Source of the DNA: Octopus bimaculoides
Lineage: Eukaryota
Direction: 5' to 3'
Length of the DNA: 64,000 nucleotides
Assembly: GCF_001194135.2 (NCBI RefSeq)
Contig: NC_068990.1
Location: forward strand, 10,692,678-10,756,677
Part shown: positions 12,895 through 26,669 of the stretch, one piece after another
Layout: the number at the start of each line of letters is the position of its first letter
How positions within the stretch are numbered: position 1 is the stretch's first letter
The notes under the pieces: model-generated
Database searches by the model: none
The model's input: only the letters and a program-made list of their open reading frames with translations
Told to the model about the DNA's origin: nothing
Position numbers and translations under genes: made by a program

Positions 12895-14370
12895 TTATAT
12901 ATGTCTGTTGATATATGTATATATGCATGTGTATGCATGCATGTGTATGTGTGTATGTATGTATATATGCATAGATAAGTATGCCTGAATAGATGTACGT
13001 TTGTACCCTACGTTAATTTTCTGTTACACAAACTTGATTATATGCACACTATATGTATATTATACCCTAATCTCATCCTGTATCAGAAATTCGCTGAGCA
13101 GAATTGCATTTGTTACATTGAAGGGAATCTAAATAAAAATAAAATCCATTACGTTTCCCCTTCTAAATCTGGGAGCTTGACGCAATATTTCTACTTTCAC
13201 ATTGATGATCCCCTACACACAGTAACAGGTTATCAGAAGATGATTCACGAACCTACAGCGCTAATAGAATTACAGTATCGCCTGCATTATAAAGTTTCTT
13301 CCAGAAATAATATATTCATTGTGATCAACTGTCTTTCTCTTTTAAAACACTGAGAAATATTTCAATATACTAGATATGAAAATGAAATTAGTGTCTCAAA
13401 TCCATAGCTGTCAATATGAGTATTCAGCTAACGCAGACTCCATTTTGTGCATTTGAGGATCAAATATACAAGCTTATTTCTTGAATAACTGAACAAAATG
13501 TATCAACACCACATAAGAACCCTGAATATACGAGGTTGCTAAAAAGGTAAGTTAGTGGTTAAGTATCTAAAATGGAAAGCTTTGTTTCTATAAGGATACT
13601 GTTACTGTTACATTTAGAGAAGTCTATAAATCAATCGCACGAAATTATACCTCCAAAATGAAAGACATTAAAAATGCTGAAGCTAATATGTTGATGATAC
13701 TTAGCAAGATAAATAGCGTAACAACACAACTGAAATTCAAAGCTTAAGAAGCTTAAGCAAATTACATATTAAGAAGATTAGAAACTATACTGGTTTCATA
13801 CTCTGATGACAGATATTCTGTGCTCGTTATGGTTTAACAAATGTTAGGAACTTCTTAAGAATAGTTCAAATTATTTGTTAACAAAACAAATGTTCAACTT
13901 TCTATTGATCTAAATCTTAAGCTAAATATATACGTTTAGCACCATTGAAATCTTAGAAGCTGATATGATATGGCAAGTAAAATGCAGATGATTTTTAACA
14001 CGAACATTCATAGAACCAGAGACGACAGAAATAAGGTAAAATGAGTTTAAAATAGAAAGAATTATGAATATAGAATAGAAAATGCTAATTTCACAACAAT
14101 AGCTTCATGTCTATGATGGCAAAAAATGTTTCGAAAGCATTAACGGTAAAAATTAACCCTATAATTACATTGATTTTTATTGTCGATCTTTTTACTCTTC
14201 TATAACTTCTATTTACAAGCAAGACATGAAATATGTCTTTTGAGAACTTGCGGCGAAAAATATTGTGAAAATAGGCCCAAAAAGGATTGCTTGCATCGTT
14301 ATGACTTGGGAGAATCATTACGCCAATAATAACTAACGTAGGCACTGGTCCAATATCAGTTCTTTCTTGC

Positions 14371-14845
14371 TAGACAATCGGTTAATTGCTGCTCATAAAT
14401 AAGCTGAAACATTTCTGTGCATTGCATTTTTGATGGTGTATTTTCTTTTGTGTTTTGCGATTTCTTAAGGTGTAAATACGCTTTGAACTGACAACACTCA
14501 TTTATTAATTTGTGGTTACTATCGTCTTTGTAATGCGATATCAGTTAGGTACTGTCCTCATCAAATTCTGAATTGTTCATCAATTCTGACGGAAACTTGA
14601 ACCTTTTCGCAATCTGCTGATATGGCTCCCTCTTCTTGCTTAACTGAATTATCGAGCAGTCATAGACTTGATTTAGAATTTCTGTCCTAAATTTTTCATC
14701 CCCTTTCAAAGAAGCCCTATGGAATCACTTGTTCCATCTGCAAATTTCTTCGTAACAATGCGTTTTGAAACATCAGAATAATTTGATGTGATATATTCAC
14801 ATAAACCTTTTGCTACTGATTCATAGTGTGCACTCCTGTCGGTTG
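14371..14845 (-). mobile_element. hAT transposase C-terminal remnant (ZMYM1-like/Tip100-type)
   Basis: Translates as KGDEKFRTEILNQVYDCSIIQL..YQQIAKRFKF...LISHYKDD..LINECCQFKAYL...MFQLIYEQQLTDCL, which resembles the region preceding the hAT dimerisation domain. Confidence 0.6.
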
Positions 14846-15019
14846 AATTTTCTCACAGTTTTTTAACATACGAAAACAAAGATGCTAGCAGAAGGTAATC
14901 TTCAAATACATCAAACCCAGACTTTGGAGTTTCGTACTTGTTTTGCTATTTCTAGCATGTGGAGAGAACTTCTAGACTTAACTTCATGCCCTGGTTGAAA
15001 ATCGCCTACCAAAAATTCT

Positions 15020-15350
15020 AGCGTCGATACATTCGACTAAAAATTCTTCAAGGCGGTGCCCCCAAAATTACCGCATTCTAATTATTTAAGAAGTACAAGG
15101 GAAAAAAAATAATAAAACGAAATATATTACTGAGATTATTTTGACTTGACTTAGAAAAATACTCTGGGTTCCATACAGTCGTCTAAAAAGACTATAAGGT
15201 GGTGCCCCAGCATGGTCGCAGTCTAATAACTGCAACAAGTAAAAAGGAAAAAAAATCTGGGGTCGGCACGTTCAACTAAAAACTTTCAAGGAGGTACCCC
15301 ACCGGCAAGTACCCCACCACCAAATGACTGAAACAGGTAAAAGGGGGATA
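15020..15350 (+). mobile_element. Three tandem SINE 3'-tail fragments (ttcgactaaaaattcttcaaggcggtgcccc...tgactgaaacaagtaaaag)
   Basis: Partial copies at ~15020, ~15170 and ~15256. The same tail occurs reversed at 63265-63310 and 54255. Confidence 0.65.
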
Positions 15351-15983
15351 AAAACGAAACATAATCGAAAAATATAACCGAGGGTTTTTTGTCCACTTTC
15401 AAGTTCACCATCAACCACATTTTCACTTTCTGTCACAGATGCGCTGGTGGAGGGGAAGGTTGTTTATTTATTTATTTTCGAAAAATTGAAATTTTACAAG
15501 AATTTTTCCAGAATCATAATTTCCGTGTTTCTCGGCATGTTTCGCCGAAAGACTTTCTAAAAAAAGTGAAAAGGGAAGGGGGTAGCGGGGAGGGGTGGGG
15601 TTTGGCTGAATTAAAATTTTGAAATTCCGATTTCGTATGCAGATTCAGAATCTCTGCAGTCGAAAAAGTGTGTTTCTGTACAACTCCCCTCCCCCAAAAC
15701 CGGAAGTGAGTACGGTCCATGTTCTTTACATCTGCCTGGCCCTATTGCCAGTTATTTTAGTAGTTTTGCCACGCTGTAAGAATTATTTCATGCATGACAT
15801 AATATATTCATTTCTACTTTACTTGATATGATTCCTCTCAAATTTAATTTCACAAGGTGCTTCTGTGACAAACTGTTATTATATATTACACAAAAGGGAA
15901 AACAAGTAATTTTTAAATCCCATTATACATTTCTACAATAAAAAATTATTCCTATTATACATTTTAAATGACTGAAAATCTCC

Positions 15984-16400
15984 CTATCTGTTCAAAGTTC
16001 TGATTTGCTTTTTCACACATGCGCTTGTAGTGTTTGGCTTTTTCGTCATACTGAAAATACAGTACAAGAGAAGAAAGAGATTATTTTTAAAAATTAGATT
16101 TGAAAATGTTTCAGAATGTAAAATACAATAAAATTATTTCAAATTCGTAAAACAAGGAAAAAAACAACAAGAAATCAGAACTTACTCATTTTGCCCGAGT
16201 TTGCTACTTTGTACTGAAGAAAATTGTTAGATCTAAAACTGTAACATTTGAACATATATGCAATAATTTTAAATTAAAAAAATAAAAGTGCTTTCAGCTG
16301 TTGAGAGATGTAATTTCATAGTTACAAAACAAAAATAAATCAAAATCTAAATTTTGGAACATATCTTGTATTTACCTGTTAGGAAGATTTCGAAGACTTG
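15984..16400 (-). CDS. Candidate spliced micro-exon cluster of an unidentified host transcript (exons 16400-16376, 16213-16186, 16050-~15984)
   Basis: Acceptors gttttag, aattttcttcag (CTAAC just upstream) and tctctttcttctcttgtactgtattttcag. Donors cag|gtaaat and tga|gtaagt. Introns of 162 and 135 nt are T-rich on the sense strand. One joint open frame: QVFEIFLTVQSSKLGQNDMTKKPNTTSACVKKQIRTLNR*. Confidence 0.35.
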
Positions 16401-16436
16401 CTAAAACAGTAACGCTCAGCAGTGCTAATGTGGCCG

Positions 16437-16467
<31 letters not shown>

Positions 16468-17053
16468 TTGTGTGTGTGTGTATGTGTGTGTGCGTGTGTG
16501 TGTGTGTGCCTATTTGTTTTGAAACGGTCAGTTTTAGGTCATCATTGATCAGTCGCATTAGAGACAGGAATTCAGTTTATTTCTCTATACATTCATACAC
16601 ACACACATGCATACAAACTCACGCAAACATACTTAAATGCATACATACACACACACATCTACATACATACATACATACATACATACCTACCTTACACACA
16701 TACATACATACATACATACATACATGCTTTTTACTTTTCTTTGTCACTTACCTAGAACCTTGCTGCTCTTGGAGACGGAACTTAAACAAGAGAGAATAAA
16801 ACTTTTTTCTGTATATTTCTTTTAAACGCTATATATATATATATATANNNNNNNNNNTATATATATTCCCGCACAAAAACACACAAACGCACATATATAC
16901 ATGCACACATGTTTGTTTTTCGCTTTTCTTTGTCGTTTCACTGGCACCATCCTGTTTTAGGGGACTGGTATAGCGGCAAAACTTTTTTCTCAGTCTATTT
17001 CGTTTTATCGGCCCCTGTCTGCATGGCAAAATATAAAAAGAAAAATATTGACA

Positions 17054-17200
17054 GATTGAAGAAATTAAGTTGATTAGAGGAGCTCCTCAGGTATTAGGGA
17101 ACCTGAAGGTTAAGTTTCATTAGTTATACAGTAGATGCGCCACTGCTGACATCATAAAAAGATGATCATTTCCTACATGAGGAAGTGATTGGGGCTTTCT
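17054..17200 (+). mobile_element. Possible ancient LINE RT fragment
   Basis: LIRGAPQVLG..FISYTVDAPLLTS*KDDHFLHEEVIG loosely parallels the RT motifs GVPQGSVLGP.LF.IY.ND...LYADD. Confidence 0.3.
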
Positions 17201-18607
17201 AACAACTGCTCTGTAGAAACTCTGCATTTAAAAGACGGAATAGTTCGTACCTTCTTAGCATGCTAGATTATTTCAGTATCGTGTATACCATTTTGCCAAA
17301 TTAATAAGTTTTAAAATCAAACTATGGCAGATTATACGTAATTTTGCTGAAAGTCACGGTTATGTATAAGCGCAAGTGTTTAAGTTGGCTGCATATTTTA
17401 TATACCCCGAAAGATAAATGCAAATTCTATCCCGGAGGGATTTGAACTCACGATGCTATAGGATCTAATCGCAAACTGTATTGCAAATAACACATCCTGT
17501 ACATGTGTTCAAATGAAAGAATAGTGATATGGGAATTGTGAATCACTATTGAACATCTTGCTGAATGGAATAATAATACAAATCTATAGAACGTGCGTTA
17601 TCTTTATATGTGCTTTTGTGTCCGTCTGTTCACTGTTAGCACGTAACAATAAAGAAACCGTATATATTTGTCCTTTGTTGCTTTAACAAACTACACAGAC
17701 TTTATACTCTTGTTATTGACAAGAATTGATACAATTGTTATCGAGGGGAAAATATATATATATAAGAAAATACAAGACAGGCTTAATGAAATTGCATTAC
17801 AGAAAGCAAAAATCACCGGAAAATTACTTTTGAAGTTTATGATTACAAGAAGATAGTCTAATTGGAAGATTTGGCTTCATAGCTTTAATCTAAACTGTTA
17901 CATGTTTAGTAATCAATTAGACTTTCTAGTTATCTATTATTTCCCTGCTTCTTGCTTTGTTTGTCAAAAGCATGAAGATAAAAGATATGCTGATACAGTT
18001 AGGCGCATACTAGAACACATACGCTTTCATATCCACACAGACACGTGCACATACACAAACACACACACACACGTACATGCATACACAAACAATTAAGTAT
18101 ATATGACACATTCAAAGACGTAGTCGTACATTAGTAGAGACCTTTCACCAACACATATCTTTCACATGTGGCGTTACGAAGTTTTGTTCGTATGTGCCTG
18201 TATGAGTGTAAATTTGCATACAAATATACACATCTGCACATACTTATATACGAATATTTTGTTTGGTTTCAGTGTGTATGACTGCGTGATTGTGTTTCTG
18301 TGTGTGTTATGTGTTGCCTGCACGTACTTCTGTTGTGTGCATTTGTCTGTTTCAATTTGGAGGCATAAGATGATTCCGCATTAAAGGACATATCAATCCT
18401 AAATGATATTAAGACATGCTGCCTGGAAGCAAATGACGATTGTTGGTGCGTGACATAATATTGAATAATAACAAGTTAATTTTAGGAGCGTCTGTAAAAG
18501 TAAACTAAAACAAAATCATGGGATTAAAATATAGTTAATTTGCAGATATGTTCCACAACCTTCTCATGTTACTGTCGTGGAGTGGGAATAGCGAAATTCG
18601 CCGACAT

Positions 18608-18706
18608 TTCTTCTTCTTCTTCTTCTTCTTCTTCTTCTTCTTCTTCTTCTTCTTCTTCTTCTTCTTCTTCTTCTTCTTCTTCTTCTTCTTCTTCTTCTTC
18701 TTCTTC
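18608..18706. repeat. (TTC)n microsatellite
   Basis: About 33 perfect units. They explain the poly-S/F/E ORFs in the track. Confidence 0.98.
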
Positions 18707-20450
18707 TCTCACGTTCTGCAGAAGTCCTATGCACTTGTGTGATATATATTCTTTTTCAATGCCTGGTCCTGGGCAGCAATGATTATGTTTCCAGTATCTT
18801 TTTCTTAGGTCACCCTTGTAAAGCCACCTCCATGATCCTTCTTGGACTTTTAATTTGTTAGCTTCACATTGGAACTGACTATGCAATTCCATGCGGAGTA
18901 AGGTTTCTTCTCTCTCGTTGGCTGTTCTTCTTCAGAATTCATGAGCACTCTCAAGTCCATTTTCGTTAATTCCTTCTGCACTAACAGCATGCTGTTTATC
19001 AAATGTTCTGCTATGTTTCTTCTTTCACTGTTGATGCACTCCCGTACGCTAATCAGCCCACGTCTACCTTTATCTCTGTTTATGTTGAGCCTATGTACAC
19101 TTGAATTAGGGTGGTGGAGGGCATCATGCATTGTCATTGTCTTTCGGGTAGCGCGATCTAGTTGGTCAATCTGCGCTTGTGTCCATCTCAGGATGGGTGC
19201 AATATAGCGGACTACAGCAGCAGCCCATATGTTGATTACAGTCAAAAGGTTCCTTGCGTTGAGGTTTCATTTCAAGAGAAGTTTGAGGCGCTTGAAATAT
19301 ACAGTAAGACCTTGTCTTGCATTTCTCTGTGCAAGACATTGTCCAGCACCAGGATCCCAAGGTACTTGTACCTATCATCATCTGGGTCTTGCGCTCTATC
19401 TCCATTTGGCAATTCTATGCCACTACAATCTACTCTTTTCCCCCGCTTTAAAATAAGCACACTTCGTTATATCGAATTCCATCCCTGTATCGTTGCTGTA
19501 CAATTGCACAGTCTCAACCAGCCTCTCCATTTCAGGTTCTGTTCTTACGAAAAGTTTTAAATCATCCATGCAGAGAAAGTGGTTGCGATGTGGTCCATTC
19601 TTTCTCAGCTCATAGTACACTTTGACCTGCAGAAAGTGAGATCAAGGCTATATAACATAACAGAAGGGAACTAGAGTCTCCTTGGAAGCTACCTCTTTTG
19701 ATTGTTACCTCAGCTAAGTGCTGGTCGTTACAGGAAAGACGCCTTTTCTAACTAGGCATACTGTTTTTAATCATTTCACACACGTATTCAACTATTCTAT
19801 ACATGTCGAGTGTTTCCAGAATCCATGAATGTGGCAATACGTCGTAATCATTTTTGAAGTCTATCCAGGCCATGCATAAGTCTTTTTTTTTTTTTGGTAC
19901 CATCTACAGTTCTTCATTATAACTTTGTCTATCACAAGCTGGTCCTTGGTGCCCTTGGATCCTTTTCGGCATCCGTTTTGTTCTACTGACGGGCAGTTTA
20001 TTTTCCGCAAGGAACGTGTATATTTACCCTGAAGGTACCTGTTAATTCTTTCCAAAGGAGATTAAGACAAGCAATGGGTCGATAATTGCCAACCTCATTG
20101 CCCTTTCACCGATATTTTATTAACAATACTGTTCTTCTGTCAACCATCCATTCCGGATCTGTACCACTCTGTAGGCAATTGTATAATTGCAACGCAATTC
20201 TCTTGTGTATTGACATAACCACTTGAGCCAGTAGCCTTGAATTCCGATTGGTCCTGCTGCTTTCGTGTTTGGCAGTTTTCATATCTGTGCAATGTCGTCT
20301 TCCGTTATGCGCACATGGTCCTAACGTGAAGACTCCGGGTGATGGAGTTCGGATTTCATGGAATTAATCCACTCAGCATTGTGGCTGTGCGAAAAGACTT
20401 GCCTCTCGATGTTATTCCAAAATGGCGGGTTTCTTTTGCTTCCAGAGGTG
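18707..20450 (-). mobile_element. R4/Dong-clade non-LTR retrotransposon, decayed RT domain to start of zinc knuckle
   Basis: Motifs in order: [114 protein letters not shown]. Confidence 0.9.
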
Positions 20451-20569
20451 TATTATTTTCTATATTTCCTCCTAAACCCTTAAAAAATTATCTCTGGTTA
20501 TTTGAAAATAACCAGTTTTGCAGGAACAAAATTATTATTATTATGGTTATTATAAATATTATTTTCTAT

Positions 20570-21050
20570 GTATCACATATTTTATTGGAGCTCCTGGTGT
20601 CTTGCATGCGTTGCGCGTTTACTTAGCAGCTTACAGTATCATGCTATTCGTTCCTTTCAGCTGCCTAATACTTCTTTGATTACTCTGACAGTGCCGTGGA
20701 GGTGAAACTTCTGTAACAGTTCTACTCGTCATTTTATTCCAGTTTCCTTTATATTCTTATTGATGCCTTCTGATACTGTTCCCTAGGAACCAACAATAAC
20801 TGGCACTATCTTCACCTTCATTGTCGCACTTAAGAGGGTCGTATCTATCTTTTCGCTTTCCTTCTTGACTATTCATGGGTAAAAGGTGCATGCACCATGA
20901 ACTATATAACATATGTGGTGCATCTTGTCCACCACCACTAGGTCCGGTCTGTTATGCTCTTGCACCTGTTCTGCTTCACTGGGAAGTCTCAGAGGATTTT
21001 CCTCGTCTCCGATTCAGCCATTCTCTGCGGTTTGTGTCCATAGCAAATCT
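20570..21050 (-). mobile_element. R4/Dong-type RLE domain plus 3' UTR (family B)
   Basis: Reads GHKPQRMAESETRKIL*DFPV..EHNRPDLVVVDK..CYIV..KESEKI..KVKIVPVIVGS*GTVSE..LLQK..GTVRVIKEVL, a PD-D RLE. Ends in an AAT-rich tail at ~20530-20570. Confidence 0.8.
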
Positions 21051-21085
21051 TGCCTCGTTCTAGCCCCTATTAAAGCAACGAACTC

Positions 21086-21280
21086 GCAGAATCATTAGCA
21101 CACTACAAAAAATGCTTAGCGGCATTTCGACTGTCTTTTTACGTTCGGAGTTCAAATTTCGCGAGATTGACTTTGCCATTCATCCTTTCGGTGCCGGTAA
21201 AATAATACCATTAAAGTACTGGGGTCGACAGAATAGACTATTTCCCTACCCCTAAATTCCAATCCCTTGTGCCTATTTTA
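21086..21280 (+). mobile_element. SINE family A copy
   Basis: gcagaatcattagcac...gagttcaaatt...ttcatcctttcgg...tactggggtcga. Confidence 0.8.
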
Positions 21281-22026
21281 GTAAAAAGTTTTTATTGCTA
21301 TTGTTGCTGTTGTTATTTGTCTTTATAATCTTACTTTCCCAGAAGCGGAAAATCTCGCATCCCAAATCGTTTTACTTACCAAACTTTTCCAGTTCTTTCT
21401 CTTTTCCTCTGATATATACAGCATTATACGTTGACGAGGTGTCCTGCCGAGAGTGTCACATGACCTTATCTGTCCACAGTTTACAATACAACACGATCTT
21501 TGTATTCTTCTTTCACCAGAACGTCTATCTAATCTGTATGTATATCTTTGTACGTATGCGTACATATATATGCTCATACATGACAATTTTCTCTATAGAT
21601 GTACATGTGTAACCACGGATACATTCTACACATTCCAATTATTAGCAGACGACGTATAAAACGTACCATTAATAATTTTGTTATTACAGCTGCTACTGCT
21701 CTGGCTGCAGCTTACGGTGATGAAGATATGATGATGACAGTGATGACGATAATGAAGATATAGGTGAGGATGGAAAGTATGACGTTGATGATAATGATGG
21801 AGGCGATGGCATATTATGCAAGTATAATCTTAGCGACGGAAACCGATACGACGCGGTCTGCAGATAGTTGACAGCGCATTAAATTTATGCTGATTATTTT
21901 AAATATCATTACTGCCACTAATTGCAAATGTCTCAGTGTCAGTTGGACACCCATGCTTGGAGAGATGGATACACATATATACGTGTGTGTGTGTGTGCAT
22001 GTGTATGTATGTATATATATGTATAC

Positions 22027-22059
<33 letters not shown>

Positions 22060-22252
22060 CAGCAGATAGCTTGGGTTCATATGTACCTATACGGGTACAT
22101 ATGAGTGTATGAGTGCAAACGCATAAATAGGTACTATGAACATAATACTGCTATTGTATAAATATGGGTATGTATGTGGATCCATATATATACAGACATA
22201 CATATGCACACGAGTATGTGTGCGCGCGCGCGTGTGTTGGGGCTGACAAACA

Positions 22253-22301
<49 letters not shown>

Positions 22302-22469
22302 GTTATTATTATTTTTATCATAGCTACTGGAATAAAATGGACGCGAGACAAATGTCAATAGGTGACGAAAACGTAGCTTACTGTTTGAATTGGTTTGTGA
22401 CTGTGATTTCGGTTGAGTATTTTTATGATGTCATCAAGTCATCTTCACAAGTATTGAAGAGGGTGATAG

Positions 22470-22498
22470 AAAGAGAGATAGAGAGAGAGAGAAAGAGA

Positions 22499-22586
<88 letters not shown>
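22470..22586. repeat. (GA)n microsatellite; a (TTA)n tract lies nearby at 22253-22310
   Basis: Direct reading of the sequence. Confidence 0.97.
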
Positions 22587-22589
<3 letters not shown>

Positions 22590-22867
22590 GGTAAAAGGAC
22601 AGATTGACAGGGAGAAGAATGTAATATATTTGTTTTTAACAGAAATTTCAGTATTGTAGCAGTTTGGATGTTTCAGAGAGCTGATTTTCATATGACTGTA
22701 TGAATGAGTAAAGTGTATGTTTTAGAAATTTAAGATTTAAGTAAATAAAGAAGGTGAAGCGCTTAAGTTGATCTGAATTTAATGAAAAAATAGCTTACTG
22801 TTTGAATTAATCTGTGACTGTGTAATTTCGGCTGAGGATTTTTACGATGTCAACAAGTAAACACCGA

Positions 22868-22992
22868 AAGAGCTGGGAGAACCGTTAGCACGGCGGACGA
22901 AAGGCTTAGGGGTATTTCGTCTGCCGCTATGTTCTGAGTTCAAATTCCACCGATGTTGACTTTGCTTTTCATCTTTTCGGGGTCGATAAAAT
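22868..22992 (+). mobile_element. SINE family A copy, 3'-truncated
   Basis: gctgggagaaccgttagcacg...ctgagttcaaattcc...ttttcggggtcgataaaat. Confidence 0.85.
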
Positions 22993-23674
22993 AAAAGGGT
23001 TGGGGGTAGGAGGATAGATGTGTATATAGAAATGAAGAAAGAAGTGGAATGGAATCTCCTGACTTAGCAGGAGGCTTACTTCTCTAAGCACACATATATT
23101 GAAATGCTTCCATGAATTTCTTCCTATTTTCAAACGTTTTGGCTGAACAATGTTTACGTAATGGCTGAATCTCGTACCACATATTACGCAAACCTGAAGC
23201 GTACATATCAAATAATTTCAAAAGATTACTCTTTTGTTTGACATCATTATTACAACGTATACCGCTCGATTCCACTACAAGCTAGTCTGCATAGCTACCA
23301 CATATGCGAATACTATACAAACGATCTGGACTAGTTTTTATATTTAACTCGAGTCGCAATTTCTGGTAAGCATGACACAATATGTTTATATATGTGTGTG
23401 TGTATGTATGTATTTGTGCGTGTGTGTGTTAAATAAAATGAGACAACAAAGCGAAATATGTGTGGAATTTATAAGACATTTATAAAGAGATATGTAGACT
23501 GACAACTCTTCCTGCGATATTATAGATCTCCTTTCATCAGAGACGTTATGAGAGAGTTAACTAGAGGGAAATAACAGAGTTCAAGTTCAGGAGTCATTTT
23601 GGAAAAGTATGGATAGATGAAGTAAAGGGAAATAAGTGAATAAAAATAACAATAAAAACATATGTAGGATGTTA

Positions 23675-24532
23675 CAGTTTCAGTTCCATTATCCAAGAAA
23701 AGTGCTGTGCAGAATGAGTAGAAATGTTTCTGCCCTTGGAGGGCCTGATTTATAGGGGCCCAGAAATTGTTGTTGCTAAATGTGATGTATTTTATTCATC
23801 GGATATATTTTATAAAAGTAATTCGATTAACAAAAATATTCAAGGAAAAAAATCTGATCTTCTATCCTCCAGAGGAGCTATTACTGCTTTTGTAATGAAA
23901 GTACAACTGTAGAAAATAAACATTGCATGTTGTGTTTTATTACAATTTCCTAGTTTGGAATCGAGTAACAGTAAATTTGCATGATGATGACCTTGTATAC
24001 TGAACATTTGAAAATATTGCATAATGATATGCAAGCTCATTTTACTGACCTGCTGAAGTTAAATATACAGCGTTGAGTAACATTTCTTTTTGAAGTTAAT
24101 GTGGCTGATGTAGATGTCTGTTTGCAGGAGAGAGAATCTCATTGAATTGTAGAGTGATGGAATATTTCAGGCAAGATTTATAGATGGAGAACATAACGTA
24201 TGGAAAAGAAGTGACAGTGCTACAAAGTATCCACTATTCTGGCGGGGAGAAGCGTAGTTGTACTTTACTGCTTTTCCTTTATCTTACCTTGTTAAATGTG
24301 GTTTCAGTCATGTCACTAACTTACCGTCAAAAGCCCGTTGTCGAATCGACATTGTAGAAAAAGGTGATCTTCAATTATAATTGACAACATTGGCGTAGAA
24401 TATTTTAAAACTGGCAGAGCAACACCAGCTTCACTTTCTGAACATCGAATGGGTATGGTGGTGGAGGTGGTGGTTGGTCCACGGGAGTAAAATAGGACGC
24501 AAAGGGGTCCAAAAAGTATTTGCGAAGCCCTG
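23675..24532 (+). mobile_element. hAT Charlie/Buster (SCAND3/ZBED8-like) transposase C-terminal remnant with right TIR
   Basis: KCDVFYSSDIFYKSNSINKNIQGKK..AITAFVMK..QFPSL..HLKILHNDMQAHFTDLL..KYPLFW..FP.SYLV.CGFSHV..DIVEKGDL..LAEQHQ. Ends ...gcgaagccctg, followed by gtcTAcat (Buster-type nnnTAnnn site). Left end not found. Confidence 0.75.
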
Positions 24533-24844
24533 GTCTACATAGCTGATGTTCACGTCGAGAGTTTGTAATATAGGTGTCACGTAATATTTTCAAGAAATCT
24601 TTCCTCATGTTTGACCCGATTGTAATTCAGGTAGCTAATGAGATATCTGAATAATCTTTGGCGAAGACGCTGTAGTGAAAAAGCTATAAAGAATATTTTA
24701 TATTCAGCTGTTAGATTTAGTTGAGTTTCATTAATCGCATATTATGTGTTATCTTTCCATAGGAACTTTAAAATCCATGTCTTTTAAATGTTGGTATCTT
24801 CCCCTCTTCTCTGTCTGACACTCTCTCATACACACACACACTCA

Positions 24845-24897
<53 letters not shown>

Positions 24898-25678
24898 TCA
24901 TCATATGTTGGGAACACGAACAACCACAAAAATGATTTTATTCGTTTTCGTAATTGTCTGTCATTTTATTTTATTTTTCCATTCTGAAACATATGTAATT
25001 CACCTTAAATGGAAAAAAAAAAATCTTGGCCCACTCTTCCCTCATTCATTGTACTTTTCACAATGGAGAAACAGTCAAACACCACAAGTGGATGTGTGGA
25101 AAACGAAATTAGAATTTTTCAAAAGTGTATCTATGAAGCGACATTTTCAGTCATTTATTTAAATTCATTGCTAACTCACCAAGTTCAATTATTTGAAAGA
25201 GATGGGATTTGAGATTTAAATTTGGTAATGTTCTAAGACTTTAAATCTTGTTTATTAGGGGCCTTCTCCCCATGGTTTAAATCCGGCCCCTGTACATGGT
25301 ATGTAAATTCCGATAAGAGCTCATATTTTGTTATTACAAATCGATATAGTAGAGACATAAATTCCATGTGCTGTTCATTCAATAGGGTCTTGTGGCGTGA
25401 ATAATATNNNNNNNNNNNNNNNNNNNNNNNNNNNNNNNNNNNNNNNNNNNNNNNNNNNNNNNNNNNNNNNNNNNNNNNNNNNNNNNNNNNNNNNNNNNNN
25501 NNNNNNNNNNNNNNNNNNNNNNNNNNNNNNNNNNNNNNNNNNNNNNNNNNNNNNNNNNNNNNNNNNNNNNNNNNNNNNNNNNNNNNNNNNNNNNNNNNNN
25601 NNNNNNNNNNNNNNNNNNNNNNNNNNNNNNNNNNNNNNNNNNNNNNNNNNNNNNNNNNNNNNNNNNNNNNNNNNNNNT

Positions 25679-25711
<33 letters not shown>

Positions 25712-26638
25712 CACATATACATATATACACATGTACATATAAACACAAAACGCACACGGATATATAGATATATATATATGTGTGTGTGTGAATGTATATA
25801 TATACATAAACATATACACACATATTAACATACGCTTACAAACTCATGCACACACACGCATATGTATATTGTATACATCACTAAACCAACATCATAAATT
25901 CACGGAACAATGCCTATATCAAAGAGAGGAATATTAGAGTGGAGACTTCCAACAGAATGTTCATAATGGCGTGTATTAGACAAAAGGTATTTAATGATAA
26001 GATCGGGAGTTATATAAAACATATATCAGTAGATAACGGAAAAAATACTAACAATAAAGTATCTATAACTTCCTTTGTTGCAATTAAAATGTATTAAAAT
26101 ATAAATAAACAAATTTAGACCAAAGTGTAACTACATTAACTAATATATATANNNNNNNNNNNNNNNNNNNNNNNNNNNNNNNNNNNNNNNNNNNNNNNNN
26201 NNNNNNNNNNNNNNNNNNNNNNNNNNNNNNNNNNNNNNNNNNNNNNNNNNNNNNNNNNNNNNNNNNNNNNNNNNNNNNNNNNNNNNNNNNNNNNNNNNNN
26301 NNNNNNNNNNNNNNNNNNNNNNNNNNNNNNNNNNNNNNNNNNNNNNNNNNNNNNNNNNNNNNNNNNNNNNNNNNNNNNNNNNNNNNNNNNNNNNNNNNNN
26401 NNNNNNNNNNNNNNNNNNNNNNNNNNNNNNNNNNNNNNNNNNNNNNNNNNNNNNNNNNNNNNNNNNNNNNNNNNNNNNNNNNNNNNNNNNNNNNNNNNNN
26501 NNNNNNNNNNNNNNNNNNNNNNNNNNNNNNNNNNNNNNNNNNNNNNNNNNNNNNNNNNNNNNNNNNNNNNNNNNNNNNNNNNNNNNNNNNNNNNNNNNNN
26601 NNNNNNNNNNNNNNNNNNNNNNNNNNNNNNNNNNNNNN

Positions 26639-26669
<31 letters not shown>

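Noticed and set aside
23739-25292. Possible hAT TIR pair gagggcctgattta / taaatccggcccctg
   Set aside because: No 8-bp TSD, and the left match lies within the Charlie transposase reading frame.
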